Below the pieces are notes generated by a model. That model did no database searches and had not been told where the DNA came from. It was given only the letters and a program-made list of their open reading frames with translations. Shown piece by piece: positions 43,945 through 58,029 of a stretch of 64,000 nt of DNA; the stretch's first letter is position 1, and every line of letters starts with the position of its first letter. A program made the position numbers and the translations under genes. The stretch lies in the NCBI RefSeq assembly GCF_009914755.1, contig NC_060927.1. One strand, written 5' to 3'. The DNA is from the human T2T-CHM13v2.0 reference genome, Homo sapiens.

Positions 43945-44695
43945 GTGTTATAATGGTGTTCAATGAAGTTGGAAGAATTCTGGCTCTGCTGCTTAGAAAC
44001 TGGCAAGTTACCTGATTTCTTGGGACCTCCATTCTCTCATCTGTAAATTAGGACTAATAATACCTACAATGCAGGATATTTGTTAGGATTACACATTAGT
44101 TGGTACTCAATAAATGGCAGCTATTGAAAAGCAGTGTAGTATGGTGGTTAAAAGCATGGAGTCTGGATCTAGACAGAGGTTGAATCCTTGCTTTGTTACC
44201 TACTGTCTGTGTGACTGATTTTCTATGTGTCTCATTTTCCTAATCTATCAAGTGGGGATAATAATGGCACAGTTTCTATCTCGTAGAGTTGATGAAGAGA
44301 TATGATGGTTATAATTCAGAGTCTGTCAGATAAAAAGCATTTAGTAGATGGAAGTAGCAGTGGTAGTATCAACAGCAGGAGTAGTAATAATTGTTGTTGT
44401 TATTATTATTACAAAATATACAGTGCAAGGCAACAGTTAAGACTGTGTGCTGTGGTGCTGAACCACTTGGATTCACATCCTGGTTCTACTCCTTTCCAGT
44501 TTTGTGATCTCACAGTCTCCATTCCCTCATCCTTAACCTGGGAATAATAATAGTATTGCCTTCATAGGATTTAATGAATTAATATATGTAAATTACTTCG
44601 AACCTGATAATAAACAATAAATAGTAAACAATAAATTTTAGCCAGAACAGTGATGGTAAACAATAAATAGTAAACAATAAAGGTTAGCCATTATA
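43945..44695 (+). mobile_element. Three consecutive MIR elements
   Basis: Cores ctcatctgtaaa (44037), gtggttaaaagcatggagtctgg (44143), ggattcacatcctggttctac (44469). Confidence 0.75.
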
Positions 44696-46251
44696 TTCCC
44701 AAATTTCAATCAGCTATTGCTCCAGGATTTAGGCATTTCTGTGGGTAGTTTTAAAGTTTGATATCTTATACAATTAAATCAAATGTATGTATTATGTGGT
44801 GATTAACCTGTATACCAGTTCCCTGGGAAATAAACGGGCTTTCAGCCATAAAAGGTTTTCAGCTGGGTCCCCGCTGACCATCTCTTCAGTTTCTATGTGT
44901 ATAGCAGATGGTGGACTGCATTTTTTTAAAGTATTGCTTCTAAAGGGAAGACTATAAAGTTCTTAGAAAAATAAAATGCTCTAATTACAAGAGAATGCCA
45001 TTGTCTCGGCTGTCTCACCCCACATCTTAATGACCGATACTGTGGAATATGACACAAAGGGAAGAGATCTCATAATTAGGCACATTGGAGAATCTCCTCG
45101 TGTGCTACAGACTGTGATTTCCAGTGACACACCAAAAGCCAGCCACTATAAATCCCTTTTTACTTTTCTCTCTGGCTGTACTGCAGTAACAGCACAAGTC
45201 GTTCGTTCAGATACCGGAAAGGCTTACAGTCCAGGAAACTTTTTTTTCTTGTCTCCAGCCAATAATCTTGTAGCATGGTGATGTCACCCCACAGTTATGC
45301 AATATGACTTAACTGTTGGATAGGTGACAGGAATTCCACGGACACCAAGATCACAATGAAATTGCTTAGCTGCTAAATTAGTCATATTGTACATTAGAGA
45401 TAAGTCACTTTTAAAAAAGCTGTGATTAACTGCCAGTTCAAATAGTACTATTCTTTGGGTAGGGAAGTCAGGACCCCATCACTCATAGTTTAAATGATCC
45501 CATCCAGTTATTCCAGCATCTGAGTAATACAAACAAGGTAGTTATCAAACTTCACAATATCACAGGCCACTTGAAAAGGGACCCAGTGTGAAAAGGAAAC
45601 ACTTTCTATCCTCTATATTTAGGAGGAATTTTGTACAAAATTTCCTGATTGTCTTCCAAAATTAGTAATTTTAATCTCTTGATGACTTTCCTAATCGAAA
45701 TAGGATGAGAGTAGGATCCTGTTCCTCAATGATGACAAGGATTGTTTAGTATTGTTTTCTTTTTCTCACACAAACTGGGCTCTGTCCTACAAGTCAACTA
45801 CACTGTGAAAGGGGACTTTTTACTGACCACAAGCCATGATGAGGTAGATGTCACTTATTCTACAATATCGATTGTTAGAATAATCCTTAAATCTTCCCAT
45901 TTTTAACACATGTGTTAGAAAAACTTAGAAAACACTGAAAAGTACAAAAATAAGCAAAGCCCCCACAGTCCCATCCTTCCCAAAACAACCATAACTAAAA
46001 CTTGGTTGTAATTTCTTCTAGCCTCAACAAAGATTGAATAAATACAACAGCCTAACAAACTTCTTGCCTGGCAGTGTGCTGAGTGCTGGGCATAGAAAGA
46101 TAAATAAGACTTCATCACTGCCCCTCAGGAAGTACACAGCTTACTGTAATGGGGTATGTAAACACAAAAAAGGCATTTAGCCCAGGCTGCAGAGAACGGA
46201 ATGTGGGGTGGAGAAGATGCAAGGGATTATCAGAGCAGATTAGAGAAATCC

Positions 46252-46540
46252 TAGAGTGGGACTATTCAAAGTTTTGTCCACTAGGTGACTGCAGATTTTA
46301 CAAGCAACCAATAGAAACTGAGAGTCCTCATTTAAAATTTTCAGAGCAATTTGACAGAGTAACTGTAATTCTGTTGAATCTAATAATTTTTAAAATTGGG
46401 TTTGTCTTTTATATTTTTTATCTCATTTTTGTTGTATTTATTTTTATTGTATTTTCAAAAATATCAGTCCACAATGGATTGGAGATTTAAAAATATATAA
46501 AACTCTATTCTCATGATGAAGAGTTTGAAAACCACTATAC
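46252..46540. mobile_element. hAT-Charlie MITE relic
   Basis: ttcaaagttttgtccac...cagtccacaatggattgga...agtttgaaaaccact termini. Confidence 0.5.
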
Positions 46541-46568
46541 TCAGAGATTCAATAGCTTAGCCAAGTGT

Positions 46569-46639
46569 AGGGTGACCAACCATCCGGTTTGTGCTAAAAC
46601 TGGGAAAGTTACAAGCAAATCAGGTGAATTGGCCACCTT
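46569..46639. mobile_element. Short MER81/MER94-like hAT-Blackjack MITE
   Basis: TIRs agggtgacca / tggccacctt; degenerate 8-bp TSD ccaagtgt / aaaagtgt. Confidence 0.7.
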
Positions 46640-47371
46640 AAAAGTGTTTATTTCTAAGAAATAATTATCTTCATGAGTGAATAGATGAGATGAAGGGGAA
46701 GCAATCATCATCAAAGAAATAATAGAAGAAAAATTCTCTCAACTGAAAAGAGGTCAGTCATTAGGTCAAAAGGGTTCACTAACGGGCAGCCAAGATTAAA
46801 AAGAGTGCTGCAGCTAGCTGTACTTTCTAAATTTCAAGGGCCAAGACAAAAATCCTATATGATTACACAAATTGAGATGAACAAAATAATCAGGTGGTGA
46901 AACAGTATTTTCATTTCTAGTGAAATGAAATTTCTAACGAAAATGCTACATTTCTTTAACAAAAAAGATGCTTGCTTTCACTTTCTAAATTGAGAGAAAA
47001 GAAATAAGGAAGAATCGTCCTTTATATACAAATGTAACAATGAGGGTAATAAAAGGAAAACAGAAAACAATACCAGGGAAGAGTAACATGAGAAGATGCT
47101 AATATTAAGAATTAACATAATTTTTTTGATTTGGCTTCAAATTTGGCTCTCAGCTTCCTGGTTGGGGAAGAAGAGGTTAGAAATCACAATCATTAAAATT
47201 GTTGCTATGATGATGAAGGAAGAAGCATATATGTTTCTCAGCAAGACATGTTTTCCTGGTACTGAAATCTAAAACAAATTCAAAGAGTTTAATATTGGGG
47301 GCATTAAGTGGTGTGGTAGAGCTACCCTCGATAGCATTTCTACAGTAAACGTAGGAGTGAATTTCACATAC

Positions 47372-47483
47372 CTGCTTCTTGCAGGGATCCTCAGGTCAGT
47401 GAAATCAAGATGTCTAAGCACATTATAGCCTATATACCTTATTTGATTCAAGGATAGAACTTAAGAGTACCCTAGAAGAGTAG
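47372..47483. other. Candidate non-coding exon(s) with splice signals on both strands
   Basis: Plus: cttcttgcag|47385-47483|gtaagt. Minus: ctcttctag|47471-47372|gtatgt. Stops in all frames on both strands. Confidence 0.35.
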
Positions 47484-48339
47484 GTAAGTGGCGTGTCACT
47501 TAGTATTCTCTGATTATTTCTCTCAGCCAGGCTTGTAAAATAATAGGTAATTTGAGGTCTCCTAATATCTGAAAGTAAGTTACTCTGGTGCTCTCTATCG
47601 CTGATTGAGGGTATACAAAACTTCCAGTTTCACAGGAGATACAATTGGACTTTGTTTACTTTCAGCACTGATATTAGCATTGGACATCAATTCTGTGCGA
47701 GATTAGGCTATTATGCTTCACATAATGAATATTATTTTAGTAGGTGTAAAAAGCCTTTAACATTCTTACTGGTTTTATTCCTCCTCTGGCACTCTCAATA
47801 AACTTAATAAATATTGTAGCACTTTCATTAATGCAAATGGCATTGTTTATCAAAATATTGTTATAATACCCAGTTCTCATAATTTTAAGTTAGAAAAACT
47901 TTCTTCATATGTAATCTGTTTGAATGAGCAAGAATCAGTTTGCAAATCAAGTATGTACATTATGATCAATTTTCAGAAAGTATGTATTTGTATGTATGTA
48001 TTTCATAAATTGTATAATATCTACAAATATATAAGCACAGAAAAAGCATTAGAGAGATGCCTAATGTTAGCCCTGATTATCTCTGGGTGACAAGATTTAG
48101 ATGACCTATTTTTTTCTTTTTACTTTTCCTTATGTTTAAGTGTTCTACAATTAAACTAGTATTATCTTTGCAAGAAGAAAAATAATATCATTGTTTACTT
48201 AAAGGCATGTAGGGGTGAAAGCAATTAATGTCTCTATATCATCCCTAAGGCAAATCAGTCAGGTGATCATGCTGCCCTCTCAGGGCTTATATGTTGATTT
48301 TAAGAATTGCATAGTTTAAGAAACAGCACAATTTGGGCC

Positions 48340-48512
48340 AGACACAGTGAGCAACTTTGCCACTTTTGCAGCTATTTGACTTTGGGCAAATGTTTAAACT
48401 TTTGATTCTCTGGTTCTTCATCTTCAAAATGGAAACTGGATTGTTTTAAGCATAAATGAAATCTCTGATATAAAGTGCCTGGAATGAAATAGGTGCTCAA
48501 TAAATATTATAT
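48340..48512 (+). mobile_element. MIR
   Basis: tgactttgggcaaat...catcttcaaaatgg...gtgctcaataaatatt. Confidence 0.7.
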
Positions 48513-50394
48513 GCTTATTTGCTGGCCCCATTCCTGAAAGTGTTAGACCTGGTTCTACAAGTGTTAGTGCTCTTCCCTACAGTGGCTTTATGCAAACCTG
48601 GCTTCAGTCCAATACAAGTATTGGAGGAATAAGGAGACTTAGTCTCATTTTTCCCTTGTTCACTACTTTAGAGATGAGAAAGGGAGGAAAAGGAAGACTT
48701 ACTGCGGATCTACTAAATATCAGGCACTATGTTACGTGTGTTACTTTGCTTAAGGAAGGTTCTCTATTTTTTCCCAAACACTTAAACATCTGTGAAGTGT
48801 CTCAAGTTTCTACCTTATTAATACATTTATCTCTGGAGAACTATTTACATTATATCACCACTCATACTAAAGCAGTTTCGTTATTCCTGTTTTTATCCTC
48901 AAAGACTCTTAGCTGTGACATAGAGGTTTGGTGAGTTAGGTCACCATCACAGTTAGGTCACATTTTTAGAACTTCATTTCATAGCATTTGGAACCCTAGA
49001 AGTGTATATTTTATTTTTCTATCCCTTTATTTGCATGTCAGTATGTCTCCAGTCTTTATTTTTTACATTAATTGGGCACTATTCTGTCTCTTTAATATAT
49101 GGTAAATGTGCCTTGTTTAAATGAACCTCATTCTGTGTGGAAAAAGTTAGACAGAAAGCTAATGAAATGGGTATCTCCAATCACCAGTCCTCAGTTTTGA
49201 AAATTTGACTAAATTAACCTTACTAAAAAGAACTGAATCTCATCAAATTTACAACACTGGAAAACATTCCACTATGAGAATGTTTCTGGGTCTGTGACAA
49301 TTCATTTTCTATATAACTTTGCCTCAATATTTCAGACAGAGACAGTTAAGCAATTGTAGAGAGGCCTGCAGCATTTGGGAATGGGGCCTCCCTTCCTAAT
49401 GATCTATTGCAGTTGTATTGCACATGGATTGCACAACAAAGGTTTCTATTTTCCTACTTTTTTTTCTTTATCACGTGCCAACTAAGCCTTTTTTTCTACA
49501 CTCCCTTAAAATCTGACCCTTTCTCATCTTCTATGCTTTTGTCTTCCTGAGGTGAAAACCCTAAGAAGGCAAATTACTAATTGCATCCCTCAAAGCCTCA
49601 AATAAATATGATGTAATTAGCCACACAAACATGACCTGCATCTTTTCCCCTGAAAGCTTTCCCAGCTATTTGTCCACTAAAGCATGGTTTTCTGCAAACT
49701 CATTTCCCAGGAAATGTCCTCGAATGGCATGTGATCTTTCCATTTTAGACAAACTGCCTTGATCAGGTGTCACCCAACTGACCTGCTTTTTTTCTGCCTT
49801 TATTTCCAACACAGTGTTGTCTCTACAGACTATCAACTAAGTCCTGGTTTTTCCTCACAGAATTCCATTCTCAGCCCTATCCCTACACCACAGTTGACAC
49901 ATGCACTAGTTGGTTAACATATGTTTTATTACTCCCTCATGATTCTCACTGGACCTCTGAGTGACCTTGAAGTGCTGTGGTCATTTCCCCAGTGCTTTCC
50001 TCCAATACTTTGGTGGTATGGAGCTTGGCTTCAGGTTTGTTGTCATCTCATTTACTTGTTTAGTTTCCAGTTGGCTGGGAGCCAGCACTCTGCACTCTGC
50101 TCCATGCTTACGTTGCAAGCTACCTATCCAGGTCACAATTTTTATTTTTGTGTCTCTCACTATTTGAGGGAGTAAATCCAACACAAAGCAGTGAAGGTGA
50201 ATGACAAGGGAAGAAATTAACAAGGGCTCTGGGATGCTCTTAGAGCATGAATTGCAGAGCAGAAGAGGTCCTAGATGCCAGCTAGTCCAATTCTATCATT
50301 TTCCAGGCAGAGTTGATACCTCCGAGTTTAAAGTCATAAGCCATTCAAATAAATTAATACAAGAGCTGCCAGGAGGAACATTTCCAAGTGGTTG

Positions 50395-50535
50395 AAATCT
50401 TTGACTTTGAAATCATGTAGACCTGGGTTCAAATCCCAAGCTGTGTGGCCTTGTACAATTAATGTAAACGCACAAATCCATAGTATTCTAATCTATTAAA
50501 ATGGGGATAATAACAACTGTCTTACTGGGTTAAGC
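50395..50535 (+). mobile_element. MIR
   Basis: agacctgggttcaaatccca...aaaatggggataataac. Confidence 0.75.
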
Positions 50536-51159
50536 TGAATATATGATTGCTATTCATTTTTAACCAAAAACCACCTCTATTGATTTTTAGTCAAATGCTT
50601 TTTACAAGGTAATGTTACTATTATGGTTCTAGTGCCAATCTTCCAAGATTTCTAATCTTTACTAACAGTGGTCTGACTTTGAACAACTTATTTACAAAAC
50701 TGTGTTTCAGTTGATTAATCCATAATACAAAGCTAATAATGATACCTAGTAAATAGGTAGATGTAAGAATTAAATAGATAATCCTTGTAAATATAGCATT
50801 TCACATAGAGTTTAGCATGTAAAAAGCAACAAAGCATTGAAAGTTCTATATAGTCTCAAATGCCCAGAACAAATGAATGATCAGGATACTCTCCTCCCAT
50901 GTACTCTCAGAAACAGATCCAAGGTTATACACTTGGTTCTTTTTGGCTCACAGTGCTTATATTCATTTATTCAACCTGGGGCTTAAACAATAGGTAGCAT
51001 TAGACCATGTAGAGATGGAAAAAAAAATTTTTTCCACCAAATCAACCACTATGAGCAAAGAAGAGAAAGGGGAAGGTGCATGACATGTCTCTTAAACAGT
51101 AAGTAAATCTGTTTGGTTTCAAAGGCTTCAAATTGCCCTCCCCACCTGTAGACTCATCC

Positions 51160-51660
51160 CCTCCTTGCTGCTACCAGAAACAAAATACCAATTTGAGCAT
51201 GATTACAATTTTCCCAATTTTAGTGTTCCACATCAAATTCAAAAATAAAGTCCCAACCCCTTAGCACAACCTCCCAGGCCTGTCACAATCTCTCTCTGCC
51301 TAACTTGCTAGCCTCAATTCCTCCACTCTGCCAACTGCCCTCCCTGAGACATGTGCATTTATCTGAATCATCTGACTCACCTTCAGCCCTTTGCATGAGT
51401 TGTTGTTTCCTTGGCCAAAAACATTGCCCTACTAGGCCTTTAAAACTTAGTTCAGAGGTTGCCTGTAGGAAGTCTTCTTTGACACCCTTTGCCTATCCCT
51501 GACACTCCCCCAACACAAACAAGAGCAGAGGTCCTCCTTGGAAGTCCCATAGCATCGTATGTTTACCTTAAGCAAAACTGGCAAGACATGGATTCCACAT
51601 TTGTATCTCTCTCCCTCTAGAATGCAAGTTCCCTGACCACAGAGGTTGGGTCTTTTAAAG
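51160..51660 (+). mobile_element. L2 fragment
   Basis: aataaagtcccaaccccttagc, gccctttgcatg, ctagaatgcaagttcc. Confidence 0.6.
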
Positions 51661-52119
51661 AACCTACTGTGTGCTGAGCGCTGTTGTAAGCACTGAGAAA
51701 TAAAGAACAAGAGAGGCGAAGTCCCTGATGTCTCGGAGTTTATGGTCTTATGCGGTAAGTCAGACAATTAACAAACAGATAAAAGCATAGTGATAAGTGC
51801 TACTCTAGTGTACTAAAGAGTAGTAAGAGAGAAAAAGGAAAACATAAGATCATGTGGTCTAATCACGGCAGAGAATTGAGGAGGAGCCAGTGATGCCTGG
51901 AACCAGGGCAAGACTGCTTGATCCTGAGGGCAGAGTAAGAGCTCAGATATTTGCGGAGGGAAGGAAGGAGCTGGTTGAGATCTAGTTCAAGGATATAAAA
52001 GGGATTCAAACTCCTTCCATATAGAAACCAGTAGTACAGTAACTTTCCAGTCCAGGAACAAAACGCAGAGAAAAGCACCAACATTTTCAGGTCTAGTTCA
52101 GACTTGGAGCCTTGGAAGG

Positions 52120-52832
52120 TGATAATGGTTTGGATCTGTGTCCCCACCAAATATAATGTTGAATTGTAATCCCCAGTGTTGGAGGCAGGGTCTGGTGGGA
52201 GGCGATCAGATCATGAGGGCGGAGTTCTCATGGATGGTTTAGCACCATCCTCCCTTGGTACCATATAGTGAGTGAGTTCTCACGAGATCTGGTTGTTTAA
52301 AAGTGTATGGCACCTCCCCCGCCCCATCTCTTGCTCCTGCTCCAGCCATGTAAGACTTGCCTGCTTTCCCTTTGCCTTCCATCATGATTATCAGTCTCCT
52401 GAGGCCTCCCCAGCCACACTTCCTGTATAGCCTGTGGAACCATGAGCCAATTACACCTTTTTTCTTTATAAACAATCTCAGGTACTTCTTTTCTTTCTTT
52501 TTTGAGATGGGGTCTCACTCTGTCATCCAGACTGGAGTGCAGTGGCGCTATCTCAAGCCACTGCAACCTCTGCCTCCTGGGCTCAAGTGATTATCTCACC
52601 TCAGCCTCCCAAGTAGCAAGTAGCTGGGACTGCAGGCACACACCACCACACCTGGCTAATTTTTGTATTTTTGGTAGAGACAGGGTTTCATTCGAGACCA
52701 GGGTCTCGAACTCCTGGACTCAAGTGATCTGCCTGCCTCAGCCTCCCAAAGTGCTGGGATTATAGGCATGAGCCACCACACCATACCTGCCCTAGGTATT
52801 TCTTTACAGCAGTGTGAAAATGGACTACTACA
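52120..52832 (+). mobile_element. MSTA MaLR solo LTR containing an Alu
   Basis: tgataatggtttggatctgtgtccccacc...gttctcacgagatctggttgtttaaaagtg...aaaatggactactaca; 5-bp TSD gaagg / ggagg. Confidence 0.92.
52491..52792 (-). mobile_element. Alu (AluJ-like) with an internal fold-back palindrome
   Basis: TSD aggta(c/t)ttctt at 52480-52490 and 52794-52804. Confidence 0.93.
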
Positions 52833-52883
52833 GGAGGGGTGGCCAGAGGCTATGCTGAACTGGTGATCTTAGGGCAAAATAGG

Positions 52884-53053
52884 GTTTTTTTTTAAAGAGA
52901 TGGGGTCTTGCTATGTTGTCCAAACTGGAGTGTAGTGGCTATTCATAGGCCCAATCATAGTGTACTGCAGCCTCCAACTCCTGGGCTCAAGTGATCCTCC
53001 TGCCTCGGTCTCCCCAGCAACTGGGACTATGGGAATGTGCCACCTTGCCAGGC
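52884..53053 (-). mobile_element. FAM (fossil Alu monomer, 7SL-derived)
   Basis: gtagtggctattcataggcccaatcatag is the FAM-retained 7SL segment. Confidence 0.85.
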
Positions 53054-53074
53054 TTGGTGCAGGTTTTTATAAGC

Positions 53075-53375
53075 CAACATTCCATGAAGAATAGCCCAGA
53101 AACACTAGACTAAGCCCTGGAGTTGCTGGGAAGCCTCAGTTTGGGAAATACTACTCTCCCAACCCCCACCTCACCACCACCTGGGCACTCACAATGTACA
53201 TTAGCATATTTAAGGCTCTGAATATCTCAGCATGTGGAAAACCTGGTACACTTTTATTTCCCAAATTAATCTGACCACTGTATGCTTTTTGTTTTGTCTT
53301 GATTTGTTTGAATACAATACTGTTTTAATCATGTGAACAAGTATTTTGTAAAACAGACTTTAGGAAACTGGTCTA
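53075..53375. mobile_element. MER103C-like DNA transposon relic
   Basis: cactcacaatgtacattagcatatttaaggctctga...ttcccaaattaatctgaccac. Confidence 0.65.
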
Positions 53376-54044
53376 AATCATTCTCCATAACCCACAAGCC
53401 TAATTGTGATAATGTCTAGCTTCCAGTAATTTTGTTCAGTAGAAGCATTAAATAAATAAGGTAATAGGACTTTTGAAAAGATATAATAGTTTGGTTTGCA
53501 CATGTGAAAGTAGAAGGTGCAAGAGTCTCAATAAGTCTAATTTCACCACATTTATTCATCTTAAAATAATTTCAACAGAACTAAAAATGGCTAATATGTG
53601 TAAAGATAAATATATATAAATATATACTAATATAAGTTTTATGAAAAAACTAATTACTAAAGGTTAAATTTGAATTCGAATGCATTTTTATGCACTGCAG
53701 ATTAGTCAGATTTTTTAAGTAAAATGAATCATTTCTGTTCAACCCAGTGCAAAACAAATTAAGGTTATTCATCACAAACCCATCTTGCTTATTTTAATTA
53801 CAACCACTTTAAATAGCAGAACTATTAGGCTCTATAACGTTAATTTTTTAAAATTAAATACATTAGATTTCATAATAATATAGGTACTTAATGGAGAGAA
53901 AAACTCCATGTCAAAGGCTAATTAATATCATTGACACTTTCCCAGTAACTAAAAATAAGACTAATAGCAAGTTCCTCCAGTATCATGCTATATTATAATA
54001 TATACAAAGTCCATTGGGAAATTGACTTCATGCTTCTTTCATCA

Positions 54045-54389
<345 letters not shown>

Positions 54390-55712
54390 CTAGCCATTCA
54401 AAAATGTTAGATTTATAAAGTTCACATGTACATCATTACTGTATACAGAACTTACTTCCTAGCTAAGCTTGGATTATAGCCATCTTTGTCAAATTAACTC
54501 TTCTAAGTTTCCAGCTTTCTAATACCTTTAAAATTATGGGGCATCTTAAATAAAGCTACCTCAAAAGAAGTCACTGAGTAAATGACTGCTAGTAGTTTAG
54601 TAACAATAAATATCAATGGTGTAATTTATTCTCAAGTCAAGTTTTATCAATAATTTGCTACCTTGCCCAAACTGGTCTTCAGATATATTAAAGAGCAGTT
54701 TAATTATTCATCTGCTTAATGTACATCTAATAAAATAAGGCCAGCATCATCATTAACTAGAATTAACCTAAGCCCTCCACAAATATTGATTTATGTAAGT
54801 CTCCAGTCAAAACTCACTTTTTAAAATCTACCTTTTATTTGGCTTCTAACAACCAACTGAGAATTATAACTAAGAACTTTGCCATATTTTAACAAATGCT
54901 TGGCTGTTTTTAGCATTTTGATACTTATTCTTTACAGAATAAAGTACTTTTAGCACTCATTTCAATAGATTTTTCTTTTAGATCACTTGGGTCAAATATC
55001 AGGAAAATAAATAAGAAAATGGTCAACTGAAATGCTCTCTTGACTGTTAAGTGTCACATCTATATGATAAAATACCATGAGCCCATTAAAACTCACATTG
55101 CATGGGGAGAGAGTGGTCTTTTCAATAAATGATAATGGATCAGTTAGATACACACATGAAAAAAAAATTTGACCTTCTACCTCAAACTATACACAAAAAT
55201 CAGTTTTAGATGTATTGTAGATCTAAATGTAAAAGGTAATATGACTTTTAGAATAAAACATAAGAAAATACCCATGACCTTAAAATAGGCAAATATTTCT
55301 CAAACAGGACACAGAAAGCTTTAATCACAAAATAAATTGATAAACTGGACTACATTAAAATTAAGAACTTCTATTTCATGAGAAGTCACCATTAAGAGTG
55401 AAAAGGCAAGCCACAGAATGGGAGAAGATATTTCCACTACAAATCTGTATTTCCACTACAAATCTGGCAAAAGGACTCATCCAGAATATTAAAAAAGGCT
55501 CCTGTAAGTCAATATGAAAAACAGACAACCCAGTTGAAAAATAGGCAAACAATTTGAGGAAACATTTTACAAAACAGGATATCCAAGTGACTGATAAACA
55601 TATGAAATGAAAACCACAATGAGATGCCACTACCTAACCACCACAGTGACCAAAATTTTCCAGCATTTCTTTAAGTGAACATATCATCATTACAATTAAA
55701 AATACACATTTT

Positions 55713-56022
55713 GGCTGGGCGCGGTGGCTCACACCTGTAATCCATCATTTTGGGAGACCAAGGTAAGTGGATCACCTAAGGTCAGGAGTTCGAGACCAGC
55801 CTGGCCAACATGGTGAAAACCCATCTCTACTACAAATACAAAATATTAGTCAGGCGTGGTGGCACGCACCTGTAATCCCAGCTACTCAGGATCCTGAAGC
55901 AGGAGAATTGTTTGAACTCAGGAGGTGGAGGTTGCAGTGAGCCGAGATCACCCTATTGCTCTCCAGCCTGGGCGACAAGAGTGAAACTCCGTCTCAAAAA
56001 CAAACAAACAAACAAACAAACA
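55713..56022 (+). mobile_element. Alu (AluSq/Sx-like) with (CAAA)n tail
   Basis: Full Alu; degenerate TSD aaaaa(t/a)acacat. Confidence 0.95.
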
Positions 56023-56430
56023 AAAAAACACATATGATCGATATGCTCCTGCTGAATTTATATGAAAAGAATAAATATATATGTCTTGTCTGTCTAGGTA
56101 AAAGAAGAATATCAAGTAAACTATTACCTTCAATGGCCTTGCCTTTTTAGACTGTGCATATGAAGTGTTGACAAGAAAGTGAAACAGGTAGAACTTTTAA
56201 ACATGACTGCCAAGAGTGTATAATTGGTATAGCCACTTTGGAGAACTGTTTAGCATTATCTATTAAAGCTGAACATATGCTCGCCACATAACCCAACACT
56301 CCCTTTCCTAGGAGAGAAAGGAGTGCACATATCCACTAGAAGAGATTTATAAAAATGTTAATAGCAGCACCATTTATAATGGCTTAAGATGAGAAAACAA
56401 CACAAATGTCCATTAAAAATGGAATGTTTA

Positions 56431-56871
<441 letters not shown>

Positions 56872-57681
56872 CTACTGTATGATTCCATTTATTAAAAAGT
56901 CCAAAACCAGGGGCCGAGGGGAGAAGATCTATGCTTTAAAAGTCAGGATCATGATAACACTTTCAGCATAGTGCCTGGAAGGGGATATGAGGGAGGCTTT
57001 TGGGGTGCTGTTATGTTCTCTTTCTGGAGCGCTGTCCTAGTCTGTTGGTTACATGGGTATATTCACTTTGTGGCATTCATCAAGCTGCACACTTACAATT
57101 TGTGCATTTTCTGTATGTTATACTACAATAAAATTTATATTAAAAAATCTTTTTATACATATTTGTATAACATATTTTCTTTTTTTGTACTTTTTCTATA
57201 TTTGATTTCCTTAAGTGAACATATCACCACTGTAATAATAAAAGACAAATACTGTTTTTATGCTCCTGCCAGGATTTATACAAAAAGAACAAACCAGACT
57301 TATCAACATATAGGTGGTCTTGCCTGCCTAGACAAAAGAAAAAGTTTTAAGCAATTTCCTTCAATGGTCTGGAAAATTGTGTCAAAATGTCAACCTGATA
57401 TCAAATACATCTTATATGAAATAGATTATTGAGGTGCTGTGAAGTAGCCTTGGATAAATATGGTCAAGAACAAACTGCCTCTTCAATATCAGGAACTTCC
57501 TGCTTTAGAAAGTATCTGAAAAACTGCCTCAGTTTGCCTATAAATCCTAGCACAGCAATAGTTTACCTGACAATTGGACATTTTAAATACCACATCAGAA
57601 GTCCAGTGAAATGCATTTTAATAAGTCACAGGATACCCCAGCTTTCTTCTAATATAAGAAGTAAATTAAAAAAAAAAAAAG

Positions 57682-57912
57682 CAGCCTGGGCAACATGGGA
57701 AAACCCGGTCTTTACAAAAAATACAAAAATTAGCCGGGCATAGTGGTGTGTGCCTATAATCCCATCTACTCGAGAGGCTGAGGTGGGAGGATTGCTTGAG
57801 ACTGGGAGGTCAGGGCTGCAATGAGCCATGATCGCGCCACTGCACTCCAGCCTGAACAACAGATCCAGACCCTGTCTCAGAAAAAATAACAATAAAAAAA
57901 AGAAAGAAAGAA
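57682..57912 (+). mobile_element. 5'-truncated AluJ
   Basis: Starts cagcctgggcaacatgg; ggaggattgcttgag...gctgcaatgagccatgatc. Confidence 0.92.
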
Positions 57913-58029
57913 ATGAGAGTAAATGTTTTCTCATTCTGTCCTTCTCTTCTCCTTCTTTGCTTGTCTCTTCTCTCTCCCTTTTCTTTTCTTCTCTTCCTCT
58001 TTTTCTTCCCTTTCCCTATTTAATCTCAG

